Source: Dermatophilaceae bacterium
GTDB taxonomy: Bacteria; Actinomycetota; Actinomycetes; Actinomycetales; Dermatophilaceae
Reading direction: 5' to 3'
Length of the DNA stretch: 64,000 nt
NCBI GenBank assembly: GCA_032229625.1
Contig: JAVTVZ010000063.1
Location: 5,470 to 69,469 of the forward strand
Shown here: positions 19,133-30,602 of the stretch, one piece after another
How positions within the stretch are numbered: the first letter of the stretch is position 1
Layout of the letters: the number at the start of each line of letters is the position of its first letter
Notes under the pieces: generated by a model
What the model was told of the DNA's origin: nothing
Databases searched by the model: none
The model's input: only the letters and a program-made list of their open reading frames with translations
Program-made: the position numbers and the translations under genes

Positions 19133-19316
19133 GGGTGGAAGCCTAGTGCGCTGTGCCGCGGGCCGATTCGACGCCCGATCCGCGGTCACCCCCGGCGCCG
19201 ACCGTGGCGGATGTCGCACAGCGGGCCTCGTCGGTGCCTCGTCGGTGCTGTCCAGGCCGCGGCCGGGTCTGCGGCATGTCGCTGCCGGGTGAGCGTCGAC
19301 GTCGTCGCTACCGTGG

Positions 19317-19330
19317 CGAACAGATGTCCG
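19317..19330 (+). promoter_or_regulatory. LexA (SOS) box candidate upstream of ruvC
   Basis: CGAAC-AGAT-GTCCG, one mismatch to the actinobacterial CGAAC-N4-GTTCG, 2 nt downstream of a TACCGT -10 element. Confidence 0.75.
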
Positions 19331-19461
19331 GACGCGGCGCGCGCCGCGCTCGCTGCTGACGTCGTCAGCGATGACGTCGACCGCGATGACCTCGGCGGCG
19401 ACGGACGTCCGCGGCGATGACAGTCCGCGGCGATGACGGAGGCGGCGAAAGGCGGTGGCGG

Positions 19462-20109
19462 ATGCGGGTGCTCGCGGTGGACCCGGGGCTGACCCGGTGC
19501 GGCCTCGGCGTCGTCGACGGCCGCCTCGGCGGACGGCTCGCGATGATCGGCGTCGGGGTGTTGCGCACCCCGACCGGCGACCCGATCCACGAGCGGCTGC
19601 TCAACCTCCAGGAGCAGCTCGAGGAGTGGTTCACCCGCTACGAGCCGGAGGCCGTCGCCGTCGAGCGGGTCTTCGCGCGCTCGGACGTCAGCACGATCAT
19701 GGGCACCGCCCAGGCCAGCGCGCTGCCGATGATCGCGGCCGCGCGCCGCGGGGTGCCGCTCGCGCTGCACACCCCCAGCGAGGTCAAGGCCGCCGTCACC
19801 GGCAACGGCCGGGCCGACAAGGCGCAGGTCACGAGCATGGTGACGCGCATCCTCCAGCTGTCCGCCCCGCCGCGCCCGGCCGACGCCGCCGACGCCCTGG
19901 CGCTCGCGATCTGTCACGTGTGGCGCGGGGGCGCGGCCGCGCGCATCGACGCCGCCGTCGCGCGCAGCGGCTCGCGCGCCGCGGCACCGGCCGCCGCTCG
20001 GGCCGCTCGCACCGCGCGCGCCGCTCCGGCCGCCCGCACCGCCCCGGCCGCCCGCCCCGATGCGGCTGCCCGGCGGATCGCCCCGGCCGCCGACCGACGT
20101 CGCGACTGA
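19462..20109 (+). CDS. ruvC: Crossover junction endodeoxyribonuclease
   Basis: [37 protein letters not shown] and [12 protein letters not shown]. Confidence 0.96.
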   Translation: MRVLAVDPGLTRCGLGVVDGRLGGRLAMIGVGVLRTPTGDPIHERLLNLQEQLEEWFTRYEPEAVAVERVFARSDVSTIMGTAQASALPMIAAARRGVPLALHTPSEVKAAVTGNGRADKAQVTSMVTRILQLSAPPRPADAADALALAICHVWRGGAAARIDAAVARSGSRAAAPAAARAARTARAAPAARTAPAARPDAAARRIAPAADRRRD

Positions 20110-20187
20110 GCCGCCTCGGACGCGTCCGGCGACCCTCCCCGGGCGTGCCGCGGCAAGCGCTCGCGCCGGGCAGGCTAGGGTCGGTTG

Positions 20188-20201
20188 CGAACATGTGTCC
20201 G
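20188..20201 (+). promoter_or_regulatory. LexA (SOS) box candidate upstream of ruvA
   Basis: CGAAC-ATGT-GTCCG, one mismatch, just downstream of a TAGGGT -10 element (20176-20181). Confidence 0.72.
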
Positions 20202-20317
20202 ATCCCGGCCCGCTCTGGCCGGCCGGCCGCGCAGATCGTCCGCGCCGCACGCAGCCCGGATCCTCTGCTGGCGTCGGATCGTCTGCTCGCGGCAGCGGGC
20301 TGTGAGGAGTAGTCGCG

Positions 20318-20950
20318 GTGATCGCTTCGGTATCGGGCCGGGTCGCCCACGTCGGGCTCGACCGGCTCGTCGTGCAGGTCGGCGGTGGGGGAGTCGGGCT
20401 CCTCGTGCACACGACGCCGGCCACGGCCGCGGCCGCCCGCCACGGCGCCGACGTCGACCTCTACACGAGCCTGGTCGTGCGCGAGGACTCGCTGACCCTC
20501 TACGGCTTCGGCGACGCGGCCGAGCAGGCGACGTTCGAGCTCGTGCAGACCGTCTCCGGCGTCGGGCCTCGGCTCGCGCTGGCGATGCTCGCGGTGCTCA
20601 CGCCGCCGCAGCTCGCGCAGGCGATCTCCGCGGAGCACTACGGGGTGCTGACCAAGGTGCCGGGCATCGGCCGCAAGGGCGCCGAGCGGCTCGTGCTCGA
20701 GCTGCGCGACAAGGTCGGGGCGCTCGCGGCGGTCCGCGGCGAGACCGGCGAGGCCGCGCCCGCGCTCGACAGCGCGCCGGTCGCGCACGACACCGACGCC
20801 TGGCGCGGGCAGGTCGTCGAGGCCCTCGTCGGTCTGGGCTGGACCCTCAAGCAGGCCGACGCGGGCGTCGACAAGGTCGCCGATGACCTGGGGGCCGACC
20901 CCGACGTCGCGGTCGCCCTGCGCGCCGCGCTGCGTGAGCTGGGCCGATGA
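20318..20950 (+). CDS. ruvA: Holliday junction branch migration protein RuvA
   Basis: [21 protein letters not shown] and [16 protein letters not shown]. Confidence 0.97.
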   Translation: MIASVSGRVAHVGLDRLVVQVGGGGVGLLVHTTPATAAAARHGADVDLYTSLVVREDSLTLYGFGDAAEQATFELVQTVSGVGPRLALAMLAVLTPPQLAQAISAEHYGVLTKVPGIGRKGAERLVLELRDKVGALAAVRGETGEAAPALDSAPVAHDTDAWRGQVVEALVGLGWTLKQADAGVDKVADDLGADPDVAVALRAALRELGR

Positions 20951-22152
20951 CCTGGGCCGGCGCGGGCGGTCCGGGTGACGATCGCGACGAGGGCGACGGG
21001 GGCGACGACCGCTGGGAGGACGACGGCTCGTACGACGCGAGCGCCCGCATCGTCGACGCGCGGGTCAGCCGCGAGGACGACGAAGGCCGCGTCGAGGCGG
21101 CGCTGCGGCCGCGCAGGCTCGCGGAATTCCCCGGCCAGACGCGCGTGCGCGACCAGCTCTCGCTCGTCCTGGAGGCAGCGCGCCGACGCCGCGCCACACC
21201 GGACCACATCCTGCTCTCCGGCCCGCCGGGGCTGGGCAAGACGACGCTGGCGATGATCGTCGCCGCCGAGCTCGAGGCCCCGATCCGCGTGACGAGCGGC
21301 CCGGCGATCCAGCACGCCGGCGACCTCGCCTCGATCCTGTCGAGCCTGGCCGACGGCGAGGTGCTCTTCCTCGACGAGATCCACCGCATGGCGCGGCCGG
21401 CCGAGGAGATGCTCTATCTGGCGATGGAGGACTTCCGGGTCGACATCATCGTCGGCAAGGGGCCGGGGGCGACCGCGATCCCGCTGGAGTTGCCGCCCTT
21501 CACCGTCGTCGGCGCGACGACCCGCGCGGGGCTGCTGCCCGCCCCGCTGCGCGACCGCTTCGGCTTCACCGGGCACCTCGACTTCTACGAGAGCGCCGAT
21601 CTGGAGCGCATCCTCGCCCGCTCGGCCGGGCTGCTCGGCGTCGAGGCGCAGCGTGAGGGGCTCGCCGAGATCGCGGGCCGCTCGCGCGGCACCCCCCGGA
21701 TCGCCAACCGGCTGCTGCGGCGGGTGCGCGACTGGGCGCAGGTCCACGGCGACCACGTCGTCGACCTGCCCGCCGCGAGGGAGGCGCTCGCGCTCTTCGA
21801 CGTCGACGCCCGCGGCCTGGACCGGCTCGACCGCGCCGTGCTCGATGCGCTGTGCCGCCGGTTCGGCGGGGGGCCGGTGGGGCTCTCGACGCTCGCGGTG
21901 GCCGTCGGGGAGGAGCCGGACACCGTCGAGACCGTCGCCGAGCCCTTCCTCGTGCGCGAGGGCTTCATCGTGCGCACCCCCCGCGGCCGCGCCGCCGCAC
22001 CGCTGGCCTGGAGTCACCTCGGTCTGACCCCGCCGCCCGGCCCGCCGGCCTGGGCGGGGTCGGCGGGCCCGGGACTGCCGGCGGCCGATGCCACGGGAGG
22101 TGGCGGACGCCTGTCCGGCGAGCAGCTGACGCTCGGCGACGAGGTGCTGTGA
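20947..22152 (+). CDS. ruvB: Holliday junction helicase RuvB
   Basis: [32 protein letters not shown] and [16 protein letters not shown]. Confidence 0.98.
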   Translation: MTWAGAGGPGDDRDEGDGGDDRWEDDGSYDASARIVDARVSREDDEGRVEAALRPRRLAEFPGQTRVRDQLSLVLEAARRRRATPDHILLSGPPGLGKTTLAMIVAAELEAPIRVTSGPAIQHAGDLASILSSLADGEVLFLDEIHRMARPAEEMLYLAMEDFRVDIIVGKGPGATAIPLELPPFTVVGATTRAGLLPAPLRDRFGFTGHLDFYESADLERILARSAGLLGVEAQREGLAEIAGRSRGTPRIANRLLRRVRDWAQVHGDHVVDLPAAREALALFDVDARGLDRLDRAVLDALCRRFGGGPVGLSTLAVAVGEEPDTVETVAEPFLVREGFIVRTPRGRAAAPLAWSHLGLTPPPGPPAWAGSAGPGLPAADATGGGGRLSGEQLTLGDEVL

Positions 22153-22434
22153 CGCCGACCGCGGACCTCCTCGGCGCGGCTCGTTCGCTTCCGGGCAGAG
22201 GCGTCACCTAAACTCGATCGAGGCGCACATCAGGATCGCGGCGCCGAGCGCGCCGGTCCGACGGGGGGATTCGGGCACCAGGTGGCGCGCCACCCTCAGT
22301 TGTGAGCAGCACCAGATCACCATGAGCGCACCGATGGGACGAGGCATGGACTACGCCGGGCACCGCACCCCGCAGCAGCCGGAGGCGGCACGCACGATCA
22401 CCGGTCGGTCGACCGGAAGGCAGGGCTGAACGCC

Positions 22435-24357
22435 GTGGCGAACCCGAAGAACCGCCCCTTCCGACGGGCGCTGGCGGGCATGCTCCTGCTGATCCTCGCG
22501 CTGACGGGCGCGCTCGGCGCGACCGTCATCTGGAAGGACGGCCAGTGGACGCCCAAGCTCGGCCTCGACCTCGAGGGCGGCACCCAGATGGTCCTGCAGC
22601 CGCAGACCGCGGGGGGTGCGGTCAACGCCGAGCAGCTCGCCCAGGCGGTCGACATCATGCGCGCCCGCGTCGACGGCCAGGGCGTCGCCGAGGCCGAGGT
22701 CGCCACGCTCGGTGACAACGTCGTCGTCGCCGTGCCGGGCCGCATGACCAAGGAGCAGGAGGACGCGCTGCGGCAGTCCTCGCAGATGCGCTTCCGGCCC
22801 GTGCTCGTCGCCGCCGCCGGCACCCCCATCGAGCCGACCGTCGCGCCGACGCCTGCGCCCACTCCTGCGCCGACCGGCGCGACCGCGTCGCCGACGGCGA
22901 AGGCCACCTCGAGCGCACGCGCGACGGCCACGGCGAGCGCGACCCCGAAGGCGAGCGCGACGACCGCCGGCGCGGTGCTGCCCGAGGCGCTGCGCCAGGC
23001 CCCGGCCGCCACCCCGAGCCCCGCCGCGCCCAGCCCGACCGCCACGCGCACCGCCGCCGCCACCGGCACGGCCGCGCCGACGGCGTCCCCGACGGGCACC
23101 GCGACCCCGGGCCTGGGCCTGCCGAGCGCGAACCCGACGGGCGAGGGCGGGACGCCGACGATCAGCGACGCCGACGCCAAGGACCCCCAGAAGCTCGTGC
23201 AGTACGCGACGAACGAGTCCTGGTTGACGCCGGAGTGGGAGGAGAAGCTCACGGCGCTCTCCTGCCGCGACCAGCCGGTCTTCGACCCCGGCAAGGAGGA
23301 TCTGCGTCAGCCGGCCGTCGCGTGCAGCGACGACGGCCAGGCCAAGTACCTCCTGGGCCCGGCCGTCATCTCCGGTGACGACCTCGCCGACGCGAGCTCC
23401 GGCCCGACGCTGAGCCCGCAGACCGGCCAGCCGACCGGCGGCTACCAGGTGAACCTGCAGATGAAGGGCGGGGAGCCGACCGCCGCCTACGCCGCGATCA
23501 GCGGCTACATGGTCAGCCAGCCCGAGCCGCGCAACCAGCTCGCCGTCGTCCTGGACAACAGCGTCGTCTCGGCGCCGCGCTTCGAGGGCGTCATCCCCAA
23601 CGGACAGGCGCAGATCACCGGCAACTTCACCGCCGACAGCGCCAAGGCCCTGGCCGACCAGCTGAAGTTCGGCGCCCTGCCGATGAGCTTCACCGTGCAG
23701 TCGACCGAGCAGGTCAGCCCCACCATCGGTGAGGGGCAGCTGCGCTACGGCATCATCGCCGGCCTCATCGGCCTCGCGCTGGTCGTCGTCTACTCGCTGC
23801 TGCAATACCGCGCGCTCGGCCTCGTCACCGTCGCCTCGCTCGTCATCGTCGCCGGGCTCACCTACCTGTGCCTGACGCTGCTCGGCTGGAGTTACAACCT
23901 GCGCCTGACGATGGCGGGTGTGACCGGCGCGATCGTCGCGATCGGCACGACCGCCGACTCCTTCATCGTGTATTTCGAGCGCGTGCGCGACGAAGTGCGC
24001 GACGGCAGACGCCTGCAATCGGCCGTCCAGACCGGCTGGGCCCGCGCCCGCCGCACGATCCTCATCTCCGACGGGGTGAACTTCCTCGCGGCCGCCGTGC
24101 TCTACGTGTTGGCCACGAGCAACGTCCGCGGCTTCGCGTTCATGCTCATGCTGACGACGGTGCTCGACGTCATCGTCACCTTCTGGTTCACCCACCCGCT
24201 CCTGTCGATCCTGGCGTCGACGAAGTTCTTCGGCGGCGGGCACAAGTGGTCCGGGTTCGACCCCGAGACCCTCGGTGCCCAGCCCGCCTATCGAGGCCGG
24301 GGCCGCGTGACCCTCGCCGACCGCAAGAGCGCCGCACCGCAAGGGAGCCCGGCATGA
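22435..24357 (+). CDS. secD: Protein translocase subunit SecD
   Basis: LGLDLEGGTQ, LAVVLDNSVVSAP, LKFGALP, GTTADSFIVYFERVRDE and VRGFAF. Confidence 0.97.
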   Translation: MANPKNRPFRRALAGMLLLILALTGALGATVIWKDGQWTPKLGLDLEGGTQMVLQPQTAGGAVNAEQLAQAVDIMRARVDGQGVAEAEVATLGDNVVVAVPGRMTKEQEDALRQSSQMRFRPVLVAAAGTPIEPTVAPTPAPTPAPTGATASPTAKATSSARATATASATPKASATTAGAVLPEALRQAPAATPSPAAPSPTATRTAAATGTAAPTASPTGTATPGLGLPSANPTGEGGTPTISDADAKDPQKLVQYATNESWLTPEWEEKLTALSCRDQPVFDPGKEDLRQPAVACSDDGQAKYLLGPAVISGDDLADASSGPTLSPQTGQPTGGYQVNLQMKGGEPTAAYAAISGYMVSQPEPRNQLAVVLDNSVVSAPRFEGVIPNGQAQITGNFTADSAKALADQLKFGALPMSFTVQSTEQVSPTIGEGQLRYGIIAGLIGLALVVVYSLLQYRALGLVTVASLVIVAGLTYLCLTLLGWSYNLRLTMAGVTGAIVAIGTTADSFIVYFERVRDEVRDGRRLQSAVQTGWARARRTILISDGVNFLAAAVLYVLATSNVRGFAFMLMLTTVLDVIVTFWFTHPLLSILASTKFFGGGHKWSGFDPETLGAQPAYRGRGRVTLADRKSAAPQGSPA

Positions 24358-25709
24358 TGCAGCGTTTCGCCACCTTCGGCAACGACCTCTACACCGGCCG
24401 CCGGTCGATCGACTTCGTCGGCCGACTGCGGCGCTGGGCGATCATCTCGGTCGTCATCTTCGTCGTCGTCGGTCTCGGCCTGGCGATCCGCGGGCTGAAC
24501 CTCGGCATCGAATTCACGGGCGGATCCGACTTCCGCGTCACCGGCGTCAGCGACACCTCCGGAGCGGTCGACAAGGCCACCGACGTCGTGCGCTCGGCCG
24601 AGAGCGACGCGAGCACGACGGTCACCCTCATCGGCGGCGACACCGTGCGCGTGCAGACCGACCAGCTCGACGAGCGCCTCACCCAGGACGTCTCCGCGGG
24701 CCTGGCGAAAGCCTTCGGGGTGAGCGCCGACAACGTCGGCGCCTCGGTCATCGGCCCCAGCTGGGGTGCCTCGGTGAGCCAGAAGGCGCTGCAGGCCCTC
24801 GTCTGGTTCCTCGTGCTCGTCTCGCTCGTCCTCGCGTTCTACTTCCGCACGTGGAAGATGGCGTTCGCCGCGCTCGTCGCGCTCTTCCACGACATCTTCA
24901 TCACCGTCGGCGTCTATGCGCTCGCGGGCTTCGAGGTCACGCCGGCGTCGATGATCGGCTTCCTGACGATCCTGGGCTACTCGCTCTACGACACGGTCGT
25001 CGTCTTCGACAAGGTGCGAGAAAACACGACCGAGGCGGTGGCGACCGGGCGGATGACGTATTCGCAGGCGGCCAACCTCGCGGTCAACCAGACGCTCGTG
25101 CGCTCGATCAACACCTCGGTCGTCGCGCTGCTGCCGGTCGCCGCGATCCTCGTCGTCGGCCTGACCGTGCTCGGCCCGGGCACGCTGCTCGACCTGTCGC
25201 TCGCGCTCTTCATCGGTATCGCCGTCGGCACCTACAGCTCGATCTTCGTCGCGACCCCGCTGCTGGCGTGGCTGCGTGAGCGCGAGCCGGTGATGAAGGA
25301 GCTGCGGGCCCGCGTCGAGCGCCGCGAGGCCACGGCCGGGGGCCGCTCCGGCGTCCTCGTGGGCGCGCCCGCCGGGGGCGCCGCAGCGTCCGGCGACGCC
25401 TCGTCCACCGGGGGGTCGTCGGTCGCGCTGCGCCCCGCCGTGCGCCCCGCAGGGCAGCCCGCCGCGCCGGTCTCCGCCGCCGGCGCCGTCTTCGGCGCGG
25501 GAGTCACCGGGCTCATCTCGACCGGCTCGGGCCCGGCCCGCCCGGTGGGAGCAGTCTCCGACCTGCGCGAGCACGAGTCCGACGACGCGACGGCCGAGCA
25601 GGGGCAGGGCGATGCGGACTACACCCTGACCGGCCGTCCGGTCCACCCCTCGCTGCGCCCCGCGCCGAGCGCGGGGGACGGCAAGAGGCGCCGACGCGCC
25701 AAGAGCTGA
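24354..25709 (+). CDS. secF: Protein translocase subunit SecF
   Basis: LNLGIEFTGG, LFHDIFIT, GYSLYDTVVVFDKVRE, RSINTS and GTYSSIFVATP. Confidence 0.97.
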   Translation: MMQRFATFGNDLYTGRRSIDFVGRLRRWAIISVVIFVVVGLGLAIRGLNLGIEFTGGSDFRVTGVSDTSGAVDKATDVVRSAESDASTTVTLIGGDTVRVQTDQLDERLTQDVSAGLAKAFGVSADNVGASVIGPSWGASVSQKALQALVWFLVLVSLVLAFYFRTWKMAFAALVALFHDIFITVGVYALAGFEVTPASMIGFLTILGYSLYDTVVVFDKVRENTTEAVATGRMTYSQAANLAVNQTLVRSINTSVVALLPVAAILVVGLTVLGPGTLLDLSLALFIGIAVGTYSSIFVATPLLAWLREREPVMKELRARVERREATAGGRSGVLVGAPAGGAAASGDASSTGGSSVALRPAVRPAGQPAAPVSAAGAVFGAGVTGLISTGSGPARPVGAVSDLREHESDDATAEQGQGDADYTLTGRPVHPSLRPAPSAGDGKRRRRAKS

Positions 25710-25820
25710 CCCGGCTCGTCCCACCCGGACGCGCCCTCCCTTCCGCACCCTCCCGGCTCGCCGGGCCCCTCGCGCGGTCCGCGCGGCGGGGCGCCGACGT
25801 GCCCGTCCCGAAGGACCGAC

Positions 25821-26357
25821 ATGGATCGCGAAGCTCTCGCCCTGGCCGACCTCGTGGCCTCCCGGCTGCGTGACGTGCACGACTTCCCCCAGCCCGGGGT
25901 CGTCTTCAAGGACTTCACACCGCTGCTCGCCGACCCCCACGCCCTCCAGGCGGTCGTCGACGACATCGTCGTGCGCTATCACGGCCGGGTCGACGCCATC
26001 GCCGGGATCGAGGCCCGCGGCTTCATGATCGGCACGGCCTGCGCCGTCGCGCTCGGCGTGGGCTTCATCCCGATCCGCAAGAAGGGCAAGCTGCCCGCCG
26101 CGACCTTCACCGCGAGCTACGACCTCGAATACGGCTCGGAGACGATCGAGGTGCACCAGGACGCGTGCGGACCGGGGGCGCGGGTGCTCATCATGGACGA
26201 CGTGCTGGCCACCGGCGGCACGGCGGCGGCCGCGTGCGAGCTCGTCGAGCAGACGGGCGCGCAGGTCGTCGCCGTCGACGTCGTCTGCGAGATCGGCTCC
26301 CTGGGCGGGCGCGCGAAGCTCTCGGAGCGTCAGGTGCACGCACTTCTGCAGATCTGA
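25821..26357 (+). CDS. apt: Adenine phosphoribosyltransferase
   Basis: [30 protein letters not shown] and DDVLATGGT. Confidence 0.97.
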   Translation: MDREALALADLVASRLRDVHDFPQPGVVFKDFTPLLADPHALQAVVDDIVVRYHGRVDAIAGIEARGFMIGTACAVALGVGFIPIRKKGKLPAATFTASYDLEYGSETIEVHQDACGPGARVLIMDDVLATGGTAAAACELVEQTGAQVVAVDVVCEIGSLGGRAKLSERQVHALLQI

Positions 26358-26374
26358 GCACCTATCATGGCGAC

Positions 26375-29032
26375 ATGAACGAGCCGGTCGCCCCCCACGG
26401 CGCCCGCGGTGCGCGGCACGACGCCCCCGCGGAGCCGGGCCCGGGTGCGCCGGGCGCGCAGTCCTCGCAAGGCACGCAGAGCGCGCGGTCCCTCACGAAC
26501 GCTCAGGCCAACGGCGTCGCGGCGCAGCCTCCCGCGGGGGCCTCGGTCGCGTCGACGCCCCGTCCGGCGCACGGAGCGGCGCCTGCCGGTGGGGTGCTGC
26601 CGCCGGCGTCGTCGGGGCCCACGCCGCCGGTGCGCATCGGGACCGCCACCTCGGGCTCGACGCCCCCGGCCCCGAGCGCGACGCCGCCGACCCCTGGCTC
26701 CACGCCCGCGACGCCCGCGACGCCTGGGCCGTCGGGCTCACCGGCAGCGGCCCGGCAGGCCACCTCGCGGGTGCGGGCGCGGCTGGCCCGCTTCGGCGGC
26801 CCGCGACACCACGTCAACCCGGCGCTCGAGCCGCTGCTGCACACCGTCAAGGCGACCCACCCCAAGGCGGACCTCGCCCTCATCGAGCGGGCGTACACGG
26901 TCGCCGAGCGGTGTCACACCGGGCAGTTCCGCAAGAGCGGAGACCCCTACATCACGCACCCGCTGGCGGTCGCGACGATCCTCGCCGAGCTGGGCATGAC
27001 GCCGACGACTCTCGCGGCGGCGCTCCTGCACGACACGGTGGAGGACACCGACTACAGCCTCGGGCAGCTGATCACCGACTTCGGTGAGGAGATCGGCGAC
27101 CTCGTCAACGGCGTGACGAAACTCGACAAGGTCACCTACGGCGAGGCCGCCCAGGCCGAGACGGTCCGCAAGATGATCGTCGCGATGTCCAAGGACATCC
27201 GGGTCCTGGTCATCAAGCTCGCCGACCGGCTGCACAACGCGCGGACGTGGCGCTACGTCTCGCGCGCCTCGGCCGAGCGCAAGGCGACCGAGACCCTGGA
27301 GATCTACGCGCCGCTGGCGCACCGACTCGGGATGAACACGATCAAGTGGGAGCTCGAGGACATCTCCTTCATGACCCTCTACCCGAAGGTGTATGAGGAG
27401 ATCGTGCGGCTCGTCTCCGAGCGGGCCCCGGCCCGCGAAGAACTCCTCACGAGCGTCAAGCAGCAGGTGGCCGACGATCTCAAGGCGGCGCGGATCAACT
27501 GCGTCGTCACCGGGCGACCCAAGCACTACTACTCCGTCTATCAGAAGATGATCGTGCGGGGCCGGGAATTCTCGGACATCTACGACCTTGTCGCGGTCCG
27601 GGTGCTCGTCGACACGACGCGCGACTGTTATGCGGCGCTCGGCGCGATGCATGCCCGCTGGCGGCCCATGCCGGGCCGCTTCAAGGACTTCATCGCGATG
27701 CCGAAGTTCAACATGTATCAGTCGCTGCACACGACGGTCATCGGGCCCGACGGCAAGCCCGTCGAGATCCAGATCCGCACGCATTCGATGCATCACCGCG
27801 CCGAATACGGGGTCGCGGCGCACTGGAAGTACAAGGAGGTCAGCGGCACCGTCGCCCGGGGCGAGAACGCCCGCAAGGGCGCCGACGGCGACACCGACCT
27901 CGCGTGGGTGCGTCAGCTGTTGGACTGGCAGCAGGAGACGAGCGACCCCGAGGAATTCCTCGAGCAGTTGCGCTACGCGATGAATACGCGCGAGGTCTAC
28001 GTCTTCACCCCCAAGGGTGGGGTCATCGCGCTGCCGTTGGGCTCGACCCCCGTCGATTTCGCGTATGCGGTGCACACCGAGGTGGGCCACCACTGCATCG
28101 GCGGCCGCGTCAACGGCCGGCTCGTGCCGCTGGAGTCGACGCTCGACCACGGCGACACCGTCGAGATCCTCACCTCCAAGGCCGACGGCGCCGGGCCCTC
28201 GCGGGACTGGCTGACCTTCGTGAAGTCGCCCCGGGCGCGCAGCAAGATCCGGCAGTGGTTCAGCAAGTCGCGCCGTGAGGAGGCGATCGAGACCGGCAAG
28301 GACGCGATCGCCAAGGCGATGCGCAAGCGCAACATGCCGCTGCAGCGGATCATGACCGCCGAGACGCTCACCGGCATCGCCAACGAGCTGCGCTACACCG
28401 ACATCGAGACCCTCTACGCCGCGGTCGGGGAGGGGCGCGTCTCGGCGCAGTCCGTCGTGGAGAAGGCCGTCGCCAGCCACGGCGGGGAGGACGGCGCGAG
28501 CGAGGACCTCGCCGAGGCGACCGTCCCGGGCGGTTCGCGCGGCCGGCCGCGCCCCGGCGACCCCGGGGTGGTCGTGAAGGGCGTCAGCGACGTCTGGGTC
28601 AAGCTCGCCAAGTGCTGCACGCCGGTGCCGGGCGACCCGATCCTGGGGTTCGTCACCCGCGAGGGCGTCGTGTCGGTGCACCGCACGGACTGCACGAACA
28701 GCGACCAGCTGCTCTCGCAGCCGGAGCGGATCACGCAGGTCGAGTGGGCGCCGAGCGCCGCGAGCCTCTTCCTCGTGCAGCTGCAGGTCGAGGCCCTCGA
28801 CCGCAGCCGGCTGCTGCTGGACGTCACGCGGGTCATCTCCGACCACCAGGTCAACATCCTCTCGGCGACCGTGACGACGTCGCGCGACCGGGTCGCGATC
28901 TCCCGCTTCACCTTCGAGATGGGCGACCCGAGCCACCTGGACTACGTCATCAACGCGGTCCGGCGCATCGACGGGGTCTTCGACGTCTACCGGATCACCG
29001 GGGGCGGCAAGACGGTCCGCAAACACGCCTGA
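26375..29032 (+). CDS. relA: Bifunctional (p)ppGpp synthetase/hydrolase Rel
   Basis: [41 protein letters not shown], then TGS, CC and ACT domains. Start uncertain because of a long Pro/Ala-rich N-terminus. Confidence 0.96.
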   Translation: MNEPVAPHGARGARHDAPAEPGPGAPGAQSSQGTQSARSLTNAQANGVAAQPPAGASVASTPRPAHGAAPAGGVLPPASSGPTPPVRIGTATSGSTPPAPSATPPTPGSTPATPATPGPSGSPAAARQATSRVRARLARFGGPRHHVNPALEPLLHTVKATHPKADLALIERAYTVAERCHTGQFRKSGDPYITHPLAVATILAELGMTPTTLAAALLHDTVEDTDYSLGQLITDFGEEIGDLVNGVTKLDKVTYGEAAQAETVRKMIVAMSKDIRVLVIKLADRLHNARTWRYVSRASAERKATETLEIYAPLAHRLGMNTIKWELEDISFMTLYPKVYEEIVRLVSERAPAREELLTSVKQQVADDLKAARINCVVTGRPKHYYSVYQKMIVRGREFSDIYDLVAVRVLVDTTRDCYAALGAMHARWRPMPGRFKDFIAMPKFNMYQSLHTTVIGPDGKPVEIQIRTHSMHHRAEYGVAAHWKYKEVSGTVARGENARKGADGDTDLAWVRQLLDWQQETSDPEEFLEQLRYAMNTREVYVFTPKGGVIALPLGSTPVDFAYAVHTEVGHHCIGGRVNGRLVPLESTLDHGDTVEILTSKADGAGPSRDWLTFVKSPRARSKIRQWFSKSRREEAIETGKDAIAKAMRKRNMPLQRIMTAETLTGIANELRYTDIETLYAAVGEGRVSAQSVVEKAVASHGGEDGASEDLAEATVPGGSRGRPRPGDPGVVVKGVSDVWVKLAKCCTPVPGDPILGFVTREGVVSVHRTDCTNSDQLLSQPERITQVEWAPSAASLFLVQLQVEALDRSRLLLDVTRVISDHQVNILSATVTTSRDRVAISRFTFEMGDPSHLDYVINAVRRIDGVFDVYRITGGGKTVRKHA

Positions 29033-29267
29033 GGCTCGCCGGCGCGGCCCGGGCGGCGCAGGCGACGCGGATCCTCCCGGGGCCTGCGGCGGGCGGAGCG
29101 ATCTGGGCCTAGGGTGGCGATCAGGGCGGGATTGCTCGTGATCCCGCGCCACCGGCGTCCTCGGACGTGCGGATTCCGGCTCGGCATCGGCACGCGACGA
29201 CGGTATCGACCGGGCGTGGCCTCGACGGCGCACGCTTCATCGCAGGGAGAGAGTGCAGGCACCACAC

Positions 29268-30602
29268 ATGATCGAGCAGAAGCGCGTCCTGACCACGGAC
29301 ATCCCGGGGCCGCGATCGCAGGAGCTGAACGCCCGGAAGGCCGGCGCCGTCGCCGCGGGGGTCAGCGCGGGCCTGCCCGTCTACGTCGAGCGCGCCGAGG
29401 GCGGCATCCTCGTCGACGCCGACGGCAACCAGCTCATCGACTTCGGGTCCGGCATCGCCGTGACGACCGTCGGCAACCGCAACCCGCGGATCATGGAGGC
29501 GGTCGCCGCGCAGATCGCCGACTTCACCCACACGTGCTTCATGGTCACGCCCTACGAGGAATACGTCGCGGTGTGCGAGAAGCTCAACGAGCACACCCCC
29601 GGCGATCATGACAAGCGCTCCGCGCTCTTCAACTCCGGCGCCGAGGCCGTCGAGAACGCCGTGAAGATCGCCCGGCACGCCACCGGCCGGGACGCGGTCG
29701 TCACCTTCGACCACGCCTACCACGGCCGCACGAACCTGACGATGGCGATGACGGCCAAGAACATGCCGTACAAGCAGGGCTTCGGGCCCTTCGCCGCCGA
29801 GGTGTATCGGGCGCCGATGGCCTACCCCTACCGGTGGCCCGGCGGCGAGCAGGCCTGCGGCGCCGAGGCGCTCGACGTCGTCACGAGCCAGATCCACACC
29901 CAGGTCGGGGAGCAGAACGTCGCGGCCGTCGTGCTCGAGCCCATCCAGGGTGAGGGCGGCTTCATCGTGCCGCCGCCGGGCTTCCTCGCCGGGCTGGCGC
30001 AGTGGTGTCGCGAGCACGGCATCCTCTTCGTCGCCGACGAGGTGCAGTCGGGCTTCTGCCGCACCGGCGACTGGTTCGCCAGCGACCACGAGGAGGTCGT
30101 GCCCGACCTCATCACGACCGCCAAGGGCATCGCCGGCGGCATGCCGCTGGCCGGGGTCACCGGCCGCGCCGAACTCATGGACGCCGTGCACCCCGGGGGC
30201 CTCGGCGGCACCTACGGCGGCAACCCCGTCGCGTGCGCGGCGGCCCTGGCCTCGATCGAGACGATGGAGGAGGACGATCTGCCGGCGCGGGCCCGCGAGA
30301 TCGAGACGATCCTGCGCGGGCGCCTCGAGGAGCTCGCCGCGACGTATGACGCGGTCGGCGAGATCCGCGGTCGCGGGGCGATGATGGCGATCGAGCTCGT
30401 GCAGGACCGCGCGAGCAAGGCGCCGGCGTCGGCGCTGGCCGCGGCCGTCAACAAGGGCTGCCACGAGCGGGGCCTGGTCACGCTGACCTGCGGGTCCTAC
30501 GGCAACGTCTTCCGCTTCCTGCCGCCGCTGACGATCGACGACGCGCTCCTGGCCGAAGGCATGGACATCCTCGCCGAGTCCTTCGCGGCCGCGACCGCCT
30601 AA
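29268..30602 (+). CDS. gabT: 4-aminobutyrate--2-oxoglutarate transaminase
   Basis: DFGSGIAV, FNSGAEAVENAVKIAR, YHGRT, EPIQGEGGF, DEVQSGF and AKGIAGGMPL. Confidence 0.9.
   Translation: MIEQKRVLTTDIPGPRSQELNARKAGAVAAGVSAGLPVYVERAEGGILVDADGNQLIDFGSGIAVTTVGNRNPRIMEAVAAQIADFTHTCFMVTPYEEYVAVCEKLNEHTPGDHDKRSALFNSGAEAVENAVKIARHATGRDAVVTFDHAYHGRTNLTMAMTAKNMPYKQGFGPFAAEVYRAPMAYPYRWPGGEQACGAEALDVVTSQIHTQVGEQNVAAVVLEPIQGEGGFIVPPPGFLAGLAQWCREHGILFVADEVQSGFCRTGDWFASDHEEVVPDLITTAKGIAGGMPLAGVTGRAELMDAVHPGGLGGTYGGNPVACAAALASIETMEEDDLPARAREIETILRGRLEELAATYDAVGEIRGRGAMMAIELVQDRASKAPASALAAAVNKGCHERGLVTLTCGSYGNVFRFLPPLTIDDALLAEGMDILAESFAAATA

Noticed and set aside
29033-29267. Riboswitch upstream of gabT (GGGAGAG motif)
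   Set aside because: The motif sits at the Shine-Dalgarno position. No glycine or other aptamer core was recognised.
29268-30602. bioA (class III aminotransferase next to bioB)
   Set aside because: The motifs (DFGSGIAV, EPIQGEGGF, AKGIAGGMPL) are GabT-like, and the biotin operator lies after this gene, not before it.
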